Positions 26,701 to 40,172 of a stretch of 64,000 bases of DNA are shown in pieces. Numbering within the stretch: the first letter of the stretch is position 1; every line of letters begins with the position of its first letter. Both the position numbers and the translations under genes were made by a program. The DNA comes from Anthoceros angustus. Taxonomy: Eukaryota > Plantae > Anthocerotophyta. The notes below the pieces were generated by a model. That model did no database searches, had not been told where the DNA came from, and saw nothing but the letters and a program-made list of their open reading frames with translations. The DNA is taken from contig VJWM01000297.1 in the NCBI GenBank assembly GCA_010909165.1, forward strand, positions 1 to 64,000, in the 5' to 3' direction.

Positions 26701-28500
26701 GGTTGAACTGCATGGATAATGCTAACCTCAAGTTCCTCGGCTCATCGAAACCATCAAGCGCATCTAGTGCTCTCCATGCCGGGTATCCGCCATCATGGAC
26801 ATGTCCCCATTCTCGCTTTGCCTCCCGACATACCAAGTCATCAATCGCTATTTCGCCATTCAAACATGCGTTTGATCGCGGTTTCAAGGGCCGGAGGACC
26901 TTCCGAGGACTCCCGGCCCGTTCATCAAACCCTTCCCTGAACCGCGGCGTCCCACACTTTGGGCAATGGTTGCAGTCCCCGTACTCGCCCCTGAACAGAA
27001 CGCAGTCTTTCTCACAAGCATGGATTTTCTCATATCTGGGGCCAAATAGGTGCAACAGTGACTTGGCCTCGTACATGTCCTTCGGTAGCTCGTTCGGAAC
27101 TGGCAAAAAATCCACACTTAAGAGCTTTAAGAGGGCTGTTAATGCGACGTCACTGATGTCATACATGGTTTGCCACGACAGCAACAATAGTGTGGCGCTT
27201 AGCCTGCTCTCTTTCCCCTCAAAGTGGTATAAAGGCGTCTCGCCGACAAGCGGTTCTCTCTTGTTCCGTGCATGCATGATCGTTGCTTCTAGCAAGTCGT
27301 CCGAGTGCATGTGGTACGTCTTCACAACCGTTCTCCTCTATGCTCATCCCGGAGCTACTATGGTCGGTCCCATTGCCATCGCCTCCCCTTCGGGACTCCA
27401 AGCTCGTTTCCCGTCCGTGGAGCCTCAAGGCCACCGCCATCGTCCATGACCAAACTTGGCCCACGCGAAATCAGACAGTGCAAATTAAGTGGAATGTTGG
27501 TGCGGAAAGGCGAGACCTTACCGCCGGGGCAGGCATGCCGCAGTGCAGCCTTGAGATGTGTGGAATCCGCTGAAGAGGTCTCCACACCGACGGCATGGAC
27601 ATGTCCCCATTCTCGCCTCCCGACATACCAAGTCATCAATTGTGCTATTTCCGCCATTCAAACATGCCGGGGTTTCAAGGGAAAATGCCGGAGGACCTTC
27701 CGGAATCCGCCTGCTCATCAAACCCATCCTCGAACCCACACTTTGGGCAATGGTTGCCCCCGTATCCGAATGTAACGCATTTTCTCACAAGCATGGATTT
27801 TCTCATATCCGGGGCCAAATAGGTGCAGTTGACTTGGCCTCGTACATGTCCTTCGAGCTCGCTCGAACCGGCAAAAATCCACACTTAAGAGCTTTAAGAG
27901 GGTCAATGCGACGTCCACGATGTCATACATGGTTTGCCAGAGCAACAATAGTGTGGCGCTTAGCTCTTTCGCTTTTAGTCCTTCCTCAAAGTGGTATAAA
28001 GGCGCCTCGCCAGCCGACAAGCGGTTCTCTCGCCTTCCGCTAGGGCATGATCCGTTGCTTCTAGCAAGTCGCCCAGTGAGTGCATGTGGTACGTCTTCAC
28101 AACCTGCCCGCCCATGCTCCATCCGAGCCGCCACTATGGTCGGTCCCATTGCCGCCCCTTTCATACTCCACCGAGCTCGCTTCCTCCGTCCGGGTGCGGA
28201 GACGCCCAAGGCCACCGCCATCGCCCATGACCAAACTTGCCGCCACGCCAAAACCAGACATTAGTGCAAATATGGAAGTGCAATGTTGGTGAAGGCAGCT
28301 TACCGCCACGGTTCGAGCCCGCAGTTTTGAGATGTGTCTGGAATCCGCTGAAGAGGTCTCCACACACCGACGGCATGGACAATACATGTAAACCTCATTT
28401 GCAAATCGTGGCATCGCGCACGTGTCCCCTCGTGACGGAAAGTAGGAATCGGTGACGGCAAAGACGCCACCGCCACGCATCTCCACCGTTATTTCATCAC
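23800..28500 (-). pseudogene. CACTA TnpD transposase (Transpos_assoc, Transposase_21, DUF4218, DUF4216), frameshifted and partly duplicated
   Basis: FANEVYMYCPCRRC (28097-28504). LLKLLSVDFLPVPNELPKDMYEAK...YEKIHACEKDCVLFRGEYGDCNHCPKCGTPRF (26582-27325, repeated at ~27600-28130). DVMHVEKN...KLPTGYGSNI (25776-26159). FPKMFDISTHLILHLVDEVAALGP (25507-25734). PILLKVRWYEC (twice, ~24200 and ~24650). Confidence 0.9.
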
Positions 28501-28913
28501 CCATTCGCGAGCACTTGTATGTATGCGGGCATCATGGCGGGCGCAGACGCGCGCTCCAAACGCGAGAACTGTCCTCCATTCACCTTGTGGACGATGAGTC
28601 GGCGCGTTGATGCGGGGCGTCAGTTCTGCGCCAAGTTCATCCGGCGGTGAGAGCGGCCGTGGGATGAGGCAACCATGTGATGTGCGGGGCCTACACAAAC
28701 TCTCCTCGCGTGCGATCGGCGACGGATAGGTGGCGGCTATTGAAAGGGAGGACATGTGCGAGCTAGCGGTTGGGGCACACCACGCTAAGCGTCGTTGCAA
28801 ACATGTGTTGTTGCTAAACAAATGTCAACTTCTTCAAAGATTGACAATGGCAATTGGCGTGAAGCTGCATTGAAAGGCAATCTAAGATTGTCGGGACGGC
28901 CGCGCGCTGCCTT

Positions 28914-29250
28914 GGTAGTCCACCTCCTTGATTTGCACTTCGTCCATAGAAAGGGATAGTGTAGAGCTCATGCTCTCAAAGTCTCTATACAACTCCCATG
29001 TTGCGTGCGCCATTGCGGTGAAAGGCGGTGCACCCGGTGGCAGGTGTTCCATGCCGTCCGCATCCCAAGCCCATGCCTTGGTGTAGTCCACCTCCTTGAT
29101 TTGCACTTCGTCCATAGAGGGATAGTGTTGAGCTCATGCTCTCAAAGTCTCTATACAACTCCCATGTTGCGTGCGCCATTGCGGTGAAAGGCGGTGCACC
29201 CGGTGGCGCAGGTGTTCCATGCCTCGCCACCGCATCCCAAGCCCATGGGA
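28914..29250. repeat. Two ~170-bp tandem copies
   Basis: gtagtccacctccttgatttgcacttcgtccatag...cccaagcccatg occurs at ~28914 and ~29084. Confidence 0.9.
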
Positions 29251-31164
29251 GTGTGTAGCCATAGTGGCGCGCTTGGATGTGAAGCCCCCGCAGTTTTCTA
29301 TCCGAAACAATCGACTCAAACTTAAACCGCCTCCTTCGGATGTGGCCAAAAGTGTAGCTCGGGCGGTTGGCCTCTTCCTTGATGGCCATCGTCGATTCGC
29401 GGCGGATCACGGCCGCGCCGCAACACCAAGTGATTCCTCCACCGCCTTCCCTTTTGCATCGGTCGGTGAAGGCGGTGCGGTGTTGTGCATCTACCTTCAC
29501 CTTCCCCCTCAGCCTCCCTTTCGGCTTTGACTTGCGAGGCTTGCGAAAGTCACCGCCTTCATGCCCTCTTGGCTCCATGGTTTGCAGGCGAGACAATTGT
29601 AGCAGCGTGCTATCCGAGGAACACCTGGCAAAGGATCCCAAAGTTTGTGAATCCATTACATCCATCGGCGCACGATTGACACACGTCAAACATAAGTGGC
29701 GTGGCGGTGACATGTCATGTTTGCTCCGGTATTGATGGGCACCAACCCTATCCATCCATTCCGCGAAGCACATGACAGTCATCGACTTTATTACGACGTG
29801 ATGACAAGAACATGTGGTACAAAGTGAGTAACATTTGCATTGCCGCTTTAAGAATGGTGAGCGTACCCCGTTGTGAGGTATAACTCGCCTCGCAAACGAG
29901 GAGTGTATGCCCAAGAGACGGCAAAAGCTGGGGCCGGCGCCATACCTACCGTCCTTGATGGCGGAGAGCAACCTCCGTCCATCGGCCGATGGCCATCGCC
30001 GTGAACGAGGCTGCAGCCCTCTTCCTTGATGGCCATCGTCGATTCGCCCCGTGTTCGCCAACCCACCACCGCAATCTCGGCAATATGGGAGGTGAGGCGA
30101 ATGCTTGCACATAATAAAGAGAATCCAAACACATACGAGGTTGAAGAGGATACACAGTCACGGCTTGTGAAACGAGGGTTCGATCGCGATCTGTGCGCAA
30201 ACCTCCATCCCACATTGATGGCGGTCGGCATCCGTGACCATGCATAGACTTCCATTGCCACCCCAATGGCGGGTCCCGTTGCATGCACGGATGACACGTC
30301 CACCGAGAAGGCGAGTTCACCCCTCAGCGACGGGGGTCCTTGATGGCCATCGACCGGCGGGGTGTGCACCGGGGAGGAGAGAACATCAAACGCGTGGTTC
30401 TCCTTCCACTGCACCCAAGGTGGCTTCCGCCCTCCATTCGCTACACACATGGCAATTCGGAGGAAACAAGATAGAGGAGAGGGCAAGGGTAGGGAGTGGT
30501 GCGTCCTCACTATTCCACATTTGCGCCCGCGGAAGGACTACCGGCCACAACCATGAAGAGTGTGGCTAAGGTCATTTAAAAGGATTTCAGAGAGGTCCGC
30601 CAGACATCCACTTGTGCCCGCATGGAGGTCGTGAGGAATCTTTATTGTCGACTGCTCAATAAAGTGAAAACCCGCATGGCGGGCTTTCCGACTATCGATT
30701 TCCATGAATGACCACTTGCAAATTGCAATGAGTGGCGGTGGCGTGGCGAAGGAGCGGATTACAATGCCAAAGCGCGTGCCTCGAAGGATACAAAGCGTCA
30801 ACACGTCCGACTTGTCGAGCCATGCGGTTGTCATCATTTCATTATTTCAATGCGAGACTTGTTTCCTCCACCGCCATGTCTCCCGGATGATGGCGTGAAC
30901 GCTGGCCGGTGCTCGACCGACATTATGTTCGGCCGCGAGCATGGCGCGTACCAACATCTCTGGTTCACCGCATCTCTTGCATCTCGGTGTGGCAGGAAAT
31001 GATTATCACGGTCTTCCTTACATCACGGGGCCATGCCCTGCCATACGCAACCGTTCACCATCACTTATTGGCAATTGCAGCCGAGTTGGGGACATTAGCT
31101 GTATCCTTGCCTGGATTAAGGCAACCGATTCAACCGTCTCTGCGAGGTAGGGGAAATACCTGTT

Positions 31165-34100
31165 TCCATTGCCCTTGAGTCATGCATTATTAAAAGCGGA
31201 TTATGGCCTTCCAAGGTTCATAGTAGATGAAAGGACCATGCTCATTGCCATTGTGGTTATAATGTCCGCGGGAAATGAGGGAAAGATGGAGGCGGGTAGG
31301 CGCTGGTGGACATCATCCTCCTCCACCCCTCACCTCTTCGACTGAAAAACTACGTGGTCATTAAACATTACAATGGTCCTTGGGGATAAAAGTATTAAAC
31401 AATGTCCGAGCACATATGCGATGCATCTGGACATGCCATTCAAGTGCAACCACGTGTTACGGTGGGACACGAAAGGGGATGCACATAGAAATACGTGATG
31501 GCCAAACACAGAAGCGTACTGGATGAACACGGTGGAAGGGCGCGCGGAAAGCGATGCCATGGCAAGGGCTGGAGGCAGCTGACACACACCATGACTCGCA
31601 TAACATATATAGCAGGAAAAAAACACCGGTTCGAAACCTTCCAATTGTCCTTGTGTCATGGCATGTTGTTTGCGGGGTACTATGTTGGAAGGGCCAGACA
31701 ACATCCTTGGCCCATGGTAATTCTCATCACAGTTACCAAAAAACGTCCTTGAGCCTCGAAACACTTGTGAAAACCGCCCCCTATAAATGCGAAGCATGGT
31801 AACATGCCACATCTGAACAAATACATAAGTAGGAGAAACCATGGAGGTGCGCGCCGTAAGGACGTCGTGGCAATGACTGGATGAAGGTGGCAAACATGAG
31901 GACACCCACAACATATATGGAAGGGCCCTAAAAAACAACGGTTCATGGCATTCAATTTTGTCCTTGTGTCATGGCATGTTGCTTCATTTTAATCTAGGCA
32001 AAACATCCTTGGCCCATGGTCATCCAATTACATTCACAAAACCGTCCTTGGGTCACGAAACATTAGGTATAACCGCCCCTATATATGTGGATCACGGTGA
32101 CATGCCATACGACATGAATAGGAGTACCAATGGAAGCAGCGCAAGGGCGGCATGGCTATGTGAGGCGGTGGCAACAAGAAGGACTCGCATGGGTATAGAA
32201 GAAAAACCAGCGGATCCAAGCCATCCTTGTGACATGGCATGTCGGCGGGCCATGTCATTAGAAAAGGACAACGTGCATGACCCATGGTCATTCAATTGCA
32301 TGCAGTAAATCGCCGGGTCACGAAACACTAGGAAATCGGCCTCCTATATATGTGGGATGGTGACATGCCATATTAGAACTTGAAGAAGCGGAGAAACAAT
32401 CAGGCGCCGAGGGGCGCGTGCAATGTCTGAGGTAGGTGTTCAACCTTAGGTCTCGCACAACATATGTAGAAGGTAAAACAACATTGTTTCTACCATTCAA
32501 ATTGTCCTTGGGTTATGGATTGTTGTTTGGGGCGATGCATTTATATGCGCTCATAGCATCTTGGCCCATGGTCGTCAATTGAAACCAAATCGTCCTTGGG
32601 TCACGAACACGTGTGAAAAGCTGGCTATATATGCAAGCATGCCATATTTGAACAAATAGGCAATGGAACGGACTTGCGGGAAACATGGCATGGCAGCGGC
32701 AGTGGCATGCCATTTCACTTCGCCCCTCCCGTCCACAAGGTTACCACCTTGCGAAAACTAGCTTGCGCTTTGTCTTGTCGGTTAGGGCTATCCAGGCGCG
32801 ATTGGCGTGGTTCTGCTATGGTTTGGGACGTGGACTTGAAGATTTGGTGGCGGTTCGATTAAGCCTACAACCCCCTCCATTGCCCTTGTCATGCATTATT
32901 AAAAGCGGATTATGGCCTTCCAAGGTTCATAGATGAAAGGACCATGCTCATTGCCATTGTGGTTATAATGTCCTTCAAGCGGGAAATGAGGGAAAGATGG
33001 AGGCGGTGGCGCTGTGGATGATCTCCTCCCCTCCCACCCCTCACAAGTCTACGACAAGTGAAATAACTACTTGGACCATGGTCATTCAATTGCATTAAAC
33101 AATGGTCCTTGGGGGGTATTAAACAATGTCCGAGCACATATGCGATGCATCCGGACATGCCATTCAAGTGCAACCACGTGTTACTGGGACACGAAGGGAA
33201 TGCACATAGAAACACGTGATGGCCAAACTTAGAAGCGTCTTGGATGAACACGGTGGAATTTGCATGCAATGGGCGGTCACATACATGAACATATAGCGAA
33301 AAAACACGGTTCCAAACCTTCCAATTGTCCTTGTGTCATGTTGTTTGCGGGGTACTATGTTGGAAACACATCCTTGGCCCATGGTAATTCTCGCATTACC
33401 AAAAACGTCCTTGAGCCTCGAAACACTTGTGAAAACCGCTATAAATGCGAGCATGGTAACATGCACATCGAACAAATACATAAGTAGGAGAAACCATGTC
33501 ATAAGGACGGTGGCAATGGTTGGGAAGGTGGCAACATGAGGACACAACATATATGGAGGGCCTTAAAAACAATTCTGGCATTCAAGTTTGTCCTTGTGTC
33601 ATGGCATGTTGCTTGTTTAAAAACAAAACATCCTTGGCCCATGGTCATCCAATTGCATTCAAAAACCGTCCTTGGGTCACGAAACATTAGGTATAACCGC
33701 CCCTATATATATGGATCACGGTGACATGCCATACCCGAATAGGAGGAGTACCAATGGAAGCATGCGCAAGGGCGGCATGGCTATATGCGAGGCGGTGGCA
33801 ACAAGAAGGACTCGCTGGCATCCGATATAGAAGAAAAACCAGCGGATCAAGCCTCATGGCATGGCATGTCGGCGGGCCATGTCATTAGAAAGAACAGACA
33901 ACGTGCATGACCCATGGTCATTCAATTGCATGCAGAAATCGTCCTTGGGTCACGAAACACTAGGAAATCCTCCTATATATGTGGACATGGTGACATGCCA
34001 TATTAGAACTTGAAGCGGGTGTGAGCGCACGCAAGGGACGGCGATGCAATGTCGAGGTAGGTGTTCAACCTTAGGTCTCGCACAACATATGTAGAAGGTA

Positions 34101-34505
34101 AAACAACATTGTTTCCTACCATTCAAATTGTCCTTGGGTTATGGATTGTTGTTTGGGGGCGATGCCTTTCGTATGCGCTCATAGCATCCTTGGCCCATGG
34201 TCGTCCAATTGAAACCAGTCAAAATCGTCCTTGGGTCACGAACCAAAGCGCATATGCCAAGCATGCCATATTTGAACAAATAGGCAATGGAACGGACTTG
34301 CGGCGGGAAACATGGCATGGCAGGCGAGCAGTGGCATGCCATTTCACTTCGCCCCTCCTCACAAGGTTACCTTTGCGAACCCATCGCCGCTTCGCTTTGT
34401 CTTGTCGCGGTTAGGCTATCCAGCGTCGCGATTGGCGTGGTTCTGCTATGGTTTGGGACGTGGACTTGAAGATTTGGGTGGCGTTCGATTATTCAACCCC
34501 CTCCC
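31165..34505. repeat. Hierarchical repeat: two ~1.65-1.7 kb copies, each built from recurring shorter motifs
   Basis: The anchor ccattgcccttg...tcatgcattattaaaagcgg occurs at ~31165 and ~32878. The motif catccttggcccatggt...ccaattg...cgtccttgggtcacgaa recurs many times inside each copy. Confidence 0.85.
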
Positions 34506-34539
34506 ATTGCCCGTGACTTGGATGGCGTGTAGTGATTGG

Positions 34540-37500
34540 ACGCGGAGGAGGAGGAGGGCGGCATCATTTGTTTGCGCCAGCTGGGTGGGCACGTGCGAGG
34601 TCAATGGCGAGGAGGATGGCGGTGCCGCTTTGGCATGCTAGTGTGGAATTGCTCAGCAGATCGAGGCCGGGGGCGCGCGGCGATGTGGGCGTATCGCCTC
34701 TCTGGACGGCGGGAGTGGATGCGGGAGGTCCTTCCGTGAGCCGGATGGAGGCATGGATGTGCCTCGTGGGGAGGGAGGCATGGAGACGGAACAAGTGGAA
34801 GGTGTTGGTGATGAGGAGGAGCGGCAACAAATCCTCCTCATTCCATCCGACTGCCTCCAATATGTGGGAGCTAACGGTGGAGCTTGTGGGTGCGAGGGGA
34901 CATGCCGGCGCGACGCGGGTATGAAAGGGCCCTCCACAGGAGGCACGAAATTGGACGAGGTGCGTGAATGAGGACCGCGGTGGGCTTGTGGAGGATGATG
35001 GTGGTGTTCAGGGGCCAGCTGGATGGCGGATGGAGAATCGGGCTCTTCTAGAAGAGCTTTTGTTTGTGACCATGGGGACCTCCGTAGGAGTGTGCAGAGG
35101 AGGTCTCAAGGGCAGCAAAGTGCTGCCTTTGGAGCCGATGCCAATGAGGCTAAGGAAGAGGAGGGAGGCCACGCACTGCTCGAGTCGAGAGGCACGTGAC
35201 GAGGACACCACCGGCACCGAGGATGGTGGCGGGAGGGAGGCGGTGGGAGTGGAAATGGCTGAAGAGGTGGAGGAGGACCTCCGACAACATTGATTGAGGA
35301 GAGATAGGGAGCACGGAAAGTTGGCGGTAAGCCACTTGGCGACATTATTGCCGTGTTGTGCAGTGCATGGTCGTGGGGGTTTACATGGCTGAGCCTGTGT
35401 GATGGAGGGTGGGTGGAGAATGAAGATGAGGAGGAAGAGCCCACCGGCGAGGAGGGAGTCCGGAAGGCCTTCCAGCGTGTTGGAGCTAGTGTGCGAAGAT
35501 GCGCTTGATGCTCCCATGGTCGAGCCACGACGAGTCTTTGAGGGATAGATTGGTGAGGAAGGTGGAGTATGAGTTTCCTAGCATAGGCGAGGATATCGTG
35601 GCTAGGTTTGCGGGGCTTCGGACAAGAAACCTAGCGTTGGCAAGAAGGTGCGACAGTGCTTATTTGGAGGAGAAGGGAAAGATGCGAAATGGCTCCACCC
35701 TCCGACGTCGGAAGGCATGGAGGCGGGGGGAGCAAGCGGTGGTGACGTTGCACAAGCACGGTGGTGTGTGGCCAACCCCACAAGCGCAGCAACTCGACTT
35801 GCAAAGCACGAGCATGGGACCAATCCATTTGGTCCCATGGGAGCAAAAGAGTTCGAGAGAAGGTATGTTCAACGGTGGGGAGGAGCAAAAGAGAGTTGAA
35901 ATGGGCTGCGAAACATGGATTGGAGAGCATGCCGAACTACTGGAGTGGTATGGCGATAGATCGGGGCCTTGGTGGAATTGCTGTGGTCGAGATCAGTCGC
36001 ATGTAGGACATGAAGGCGTGAGCGAACGGTGTGTGCATGGCTACAGTCGGAAGGAGAAGGAAGGTATGTGCGGTGAAGGGCACGAAAAGATGGAAGGAAC
36101 CATAGCATGTCCCGAGGGGAAGGGAAGGGAAGGTGGGGAAGGAGGGAGGCATCACACTCAAGTGATGTCGGAGGCAGTGGGGATGGTGTGGAAGGTGGAG
36201 GTGTGAGTGCGTTGCCACCCACAAGACGAATCACAAGATCTGTCTCAAAAAGTGTGAGTTTGGTGGCAATGACGGCAGGGATGAATTAAATGCAGGTCCT
36301 TTTGCCTAACGTAACATAGTGCACGGTGGTTATGCAGCCTATGGGGCCAGGAGTGCAAGGCTTGAGCGTGGAGGTCAGTGGCTCGAATGCCGGCACAAGT
36401 CGACATGGCGGAGAAAGCAGGCGGAGGCTGCTAGGCCAAAAGGGTCGCAAAGGCAGCGGTTGTTGAAGATGCGGGAGTCGGACTCGGATGACGTCAAGAG
36501 CGAGTTGCCGCCATCGTGTGGTATGTGCAAGTCCATGTCTGGCAATAAGCCTGGATTGAGTTGAGTTGTGGACGCTGGTAGATATTGATGCCAGTTCCTA
36601 CCTTCCAGCTGTGCAGAGCTTGGAGCAAACGGCAAATGGAACACGCACCGGGCGAGCGCATCAAGGGGGCATCCACAAAACCGCCATCGCAGGTACCGTG
36701 GTTGGTGGAGGTGGAGTGCTTGTGGTCGAGCAACTTGCGACGCGATGCTAGTGCGTCGAGGGCGGCGATGTGGGCGATCGCCGCTCTGCGAGGCGGGAGT
36801 GGATGCGGGAGGGTCCCGAGCCGATGGAGGCATGGAGGCCTCGTGGGGAGGAGGAGCGGTAGTGGAAGGTGTTGGTGATGAGGAGGAGGGAGCGGCAACA
36901 AATCCTCCTCATTCCATCCTGTCTCCAATATGTGGGGAGCTAACGGTGGAGCTTGTGGGTGCAGGGGACGGCACGCAGAGACTTTGAAAGGGCCCTCCAC
37001 GCGAGGAGCGAAATTGACGAGGTGCGGGTGAGCGAGGCGGTGGGCTTGTGGAGGATGATGGTGGTGTTCAGGGGCCAGCACTCTGGATGGCGGGATGGAG
37101 AATCGGGCTCTTCTAGAAGAGCTTTTGGTGATCATGGGGACTCCGTGGGGAGTGCGGGAGGGTCTTTCGAAGGGCGCAAAGTGCTGCCTTTGGAGTTTGC
37201 TACAGGAGGCTAAGGAAGAGGAGGCCCACACTGGGTCGAGAGGCACCGTCGAGGAGGACACCACGGGCACCGAGGATGGTGAAAGCGGGAGGGAGGCAGT
37301 GGGAGTGGAAATGGCTGAAGAAGAGGTGGAGGAGGACCTCCGACAACATTGACAGGAGAGATAGGGAGCTGAAAAGTTGGCGGTAAGCCACTTGACGACA
37401 TTATTGCCGTGTTGTGCATGCATGGTCGTGGGGGTTTACATGGTGGAGCCGTGTTGATGGAGGGTGGGTGGAGAATGAAGATGAGGAGGAAGAGCCACGA

Positions 37501-38800
37501 GGAGGGAGGCGGAAGGCCTTCCAGTAGCGTGTTGGAGCTAGTGTCTTGGCGAAGATGCGATTGATGGTACCATGGTCGAGCCACGAGACTTTGAGGGACA
37601 GTTGGTGAGGAAGGTGGAGTATGAGTTTCCTAGTGAGCGAGGATATCGTGGCTAGGTTTGCGGGGCTTCGGACAAGAAACCACAACGTTGGCAAGAAGGT
37701 GCGACAATGCGCTTATTTGGAGGAGAAGGGAAAGATGCGAAATGGCTCCACCCTCGATCGGCAAGAAGGCATGGAGGCGTGGAGCAAGTGAGCGTTGCAC
37801 AAGCACGGTGGTGTGGCCAACCCCACAACAAGCCGCAACTCGACTTGCAAAGCACGAGCATGGGACCAATCCATTTGGTCCCATGGGAGCAAAAGAGTTC
37901 GAGAGAAGGTATGTTCAGCGGTGGGGAGGGAGCGCAACAAAAGGGGTTGAAATGGGCTAAACATGGATTGGAGAGCATGCGACTCTTGTGGTATGGCGAT
38001 AGATCGGGGCCTTGGTTGAATAGCTAGGCGTGGTCGACAGTGCGCATGTAGGACATGAAGGCGTGAGCGATGGCGATGCGTGTGCATGGCTGCGGTCGAA
38101 GGAGAAGGAATAATGTGCGGTGAAGGGCACGAAAAGATGGAAGGAACCATAGCATGTCCCGAGGGGAAGGGAAGGTGGGGAAGCAGGAGGGCATCACACT
38201 CAAGTGATGTCGGAGGCGGTGGGGATGGTGTGGAAGGTGGAGGTGTGTGTTGCCACCCACAAGGCGAATCACAAGATCATCTCAAAAGTGTGAGTTTGGT
38301 GGCAATGGCGGATGAATTGAATGCGAGGTCCTTTTGCCTAACGTAACATAGTGCACGGTTATGCAGCCTATGGGGCCGAGTGCAAGGCGAGCGTGGAGGT
38401 TAGTGGCTCGAATGCCGGCACTCAAAGGGTCGACAGCGGAGAAAGCAGGCGGAGGCTGCTAGGCCAAAAGGGTCGGCAGCATTGAAGATGCAGGAGTCGG
38501 ACTCAATGGTCGAAGAGGCATGTTCCGCCGCTGTGGTATGTGCAAGTCCATGTAAGCTCGGATTGATTTGTCTTGTGGCGGTAGATATTGATGCGTTCCT
38601 ACCTTCCAGTTGTCGAGCTTGGAGCAAACGGCAAATGAACACGCACCGGGCGCGCATCGAGGGCATCCACCGCCATCGCCATGCGTGGTTGGTGGAGGTG
38701 GAGTGCTTGTGGTGGCCTTGACAGCTTGCTGTCGAGGACGGCGATGGTCGATCACGAGCAGAGGAAGGGAGATTTGCACGCACACAAGTAGCGGTCATTC
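34540..38800 (+). pseudogene. Second, divergent TnpA/Transposase_24-like gene, present as two ~2 kb tandem copies
   Basis: LRDRLVRKVEYEFP...KVRQCLFGGEGKDAKWLHP...AKHEHGTNPFGPMGAKEFERRYVQRWGG at ~35520-35900 and ~37580-37960. The motif layout parallels the minus-strand TnpA-like copies. Confidence 0.5.
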
Positions 38801-39489
38801 CATATTTCGTAGCGTTACGTGGCATTCGATAAGTTTAGCAAGCTGTGGAATGAAACTCGAAAACAATGGCATATGTGCTGCAAGCCGCACATGTTTGTAT
38901 AAGAAGCGAAAGTCCGGATTGGGAAGTCTAGATTGGGAAAACGCACAAGGCGTTTGAAGAAACGTAATGCGCATGTGTCGCATTTGGTGGTAAATATGAT
39001 GAGGTATTAATGTAGGAGGTGTATACTTATAACTATGCCATGGGTAGATATCTGAATTTGTACCTATACATAAAGAGTATGTATTCATTATATACATATA
39101 TATATATCGTATTTAGTCACATATATAGGATTACACATAACAAGTCGGCTCAATGTATATATAGATGGACATATAAATAATGTAGAATCCTACTATACAT
39201 GGTTAGGTTATAGCAAGGGTTTCATGTGTACATGGGGCTTGAAAACAAAACCGGTGTGGACACAAGGGTGCATTGAAGAGGGAAGGTACATTAACCATAA
39301 ATGCATGGCTATGCAAAGGAGGTAAGATGGAAAGAATGAAAGAGAGATGACATGCCATATATGAGAAGCAAGAGGAAGAATAAAATCGGTGGGAGAGGGA
39401 GCTCATTGTCACAAACATATTGCAACACAGAGGGAAACAATAAAGAAATGGGTGTCATCGGGCATTAACTAAGAGTGTGATGTGAAAGG

Positions 39490-39900
39490 AGAGACCAGGA
39501 GCATGTTGTTAAGATGGTGAGAGAAAGTGGAAAAGAAGGTCACAAACTTAACACCAAACCAACAAACTTCATGATAAGCTCTTAATGGCGAGGTGTAGGG
39601 TCAGGAGACCACTTGCATGTTGTTAAGATGGTGAGAGAATGTGGAGGAGAGAATCACAAACTTAACACCAAGCCACCTAACTTTTTGAGTGTTCCCCATG
39701 GAAAGTGTTACATGAAATTGCAACAAAGGACTATAAGACAAGCAAGTTTTCATTGTATATGTTTGAAATCATAAACAATGCTAGCGAGAGGGAGGTTGTA
39801 CTTAGGAGGATGAGGTGATGAGAGAGAGAGCCAGGTTCATGTTAAGATGGTGACAGCATGAGAAGAAAATAGTGTCAATCTTAATACCAAGCCTAAAAAG
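39490..39900 (+). repeat. Three dispersed ~70-bp direct repeats
   Basis: catgttgttaagatggtgagag...cacaaacttaacaccaa occurs at ~39500, ~39615 and (diverged) ~39838. Confidence 0.7.
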
Positions 39901-39989
39901 CATGTTGCAATTTGGAAGTGTAACATGAAATTGCAATAAGGACTGTAACATAGGCTGCCTTTTCTAGTAGGGTTGAAGACAAGAGAGAC

Positions 39990-40172
39990 ATGCGTCATAC
40001 TGAGAGCATGCAGTTCGACAGAAGGAAGCATGAAGAGTTGTTGCAGTGCAACAAAGACATGGTTCACGTGATGAACAATATGGTGCAAGTTAACAGAGAG
40101 ATTGGGCTTGGTTTTGTTGCAGCTCTAGGAAAAATTGGAAACGGCTTTCTCAAGCTTGGTGATAAACTATGA
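39990..40172 (+). pseudogene. C-terminal coiled-coil fragment resembling a Harbinger Myb/SANT accessory protein
   Basis: RKHEELLQCNKDMVHVMNNMVQVNREIGLGFVAALGKIGNGFLKLGDKL*. It is convergent with the Harbinger transposase, and no Myb domain is visible upstream. Confidence 0.4.

Larger units (their letters stand above)
15500..34534 (-). mobile_element. Large CACTA/En-Spm element region (TnpD + TnpA-like) with internal tandem duplications
   Basis: It contains transposase-associated, Transposase_21, DUF4218, DUF4216 and Transposase_24-like coding fragments in canonical order on the minus strand. Boundaries are approximate. A gtagtg (CACTAC on the minus strand) lies at 34529-34534. Confidence 0.75.

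Noticed and set aside
15794-38957. Dozens of Pro/Ser/Arg-rich ORFs in the ORF track
   Set aside because: They are antisense or off-frame shadows of GC-rich repeated transposon sequence and are not conserved in frame between tandem copies.
39042-39056. gggtagatatctgaa as the left Harbinger TIR matching 43356-43373
   Set aside because: It needs three gaps and is flanked by CAT rather than a TAA/TTA TSD.
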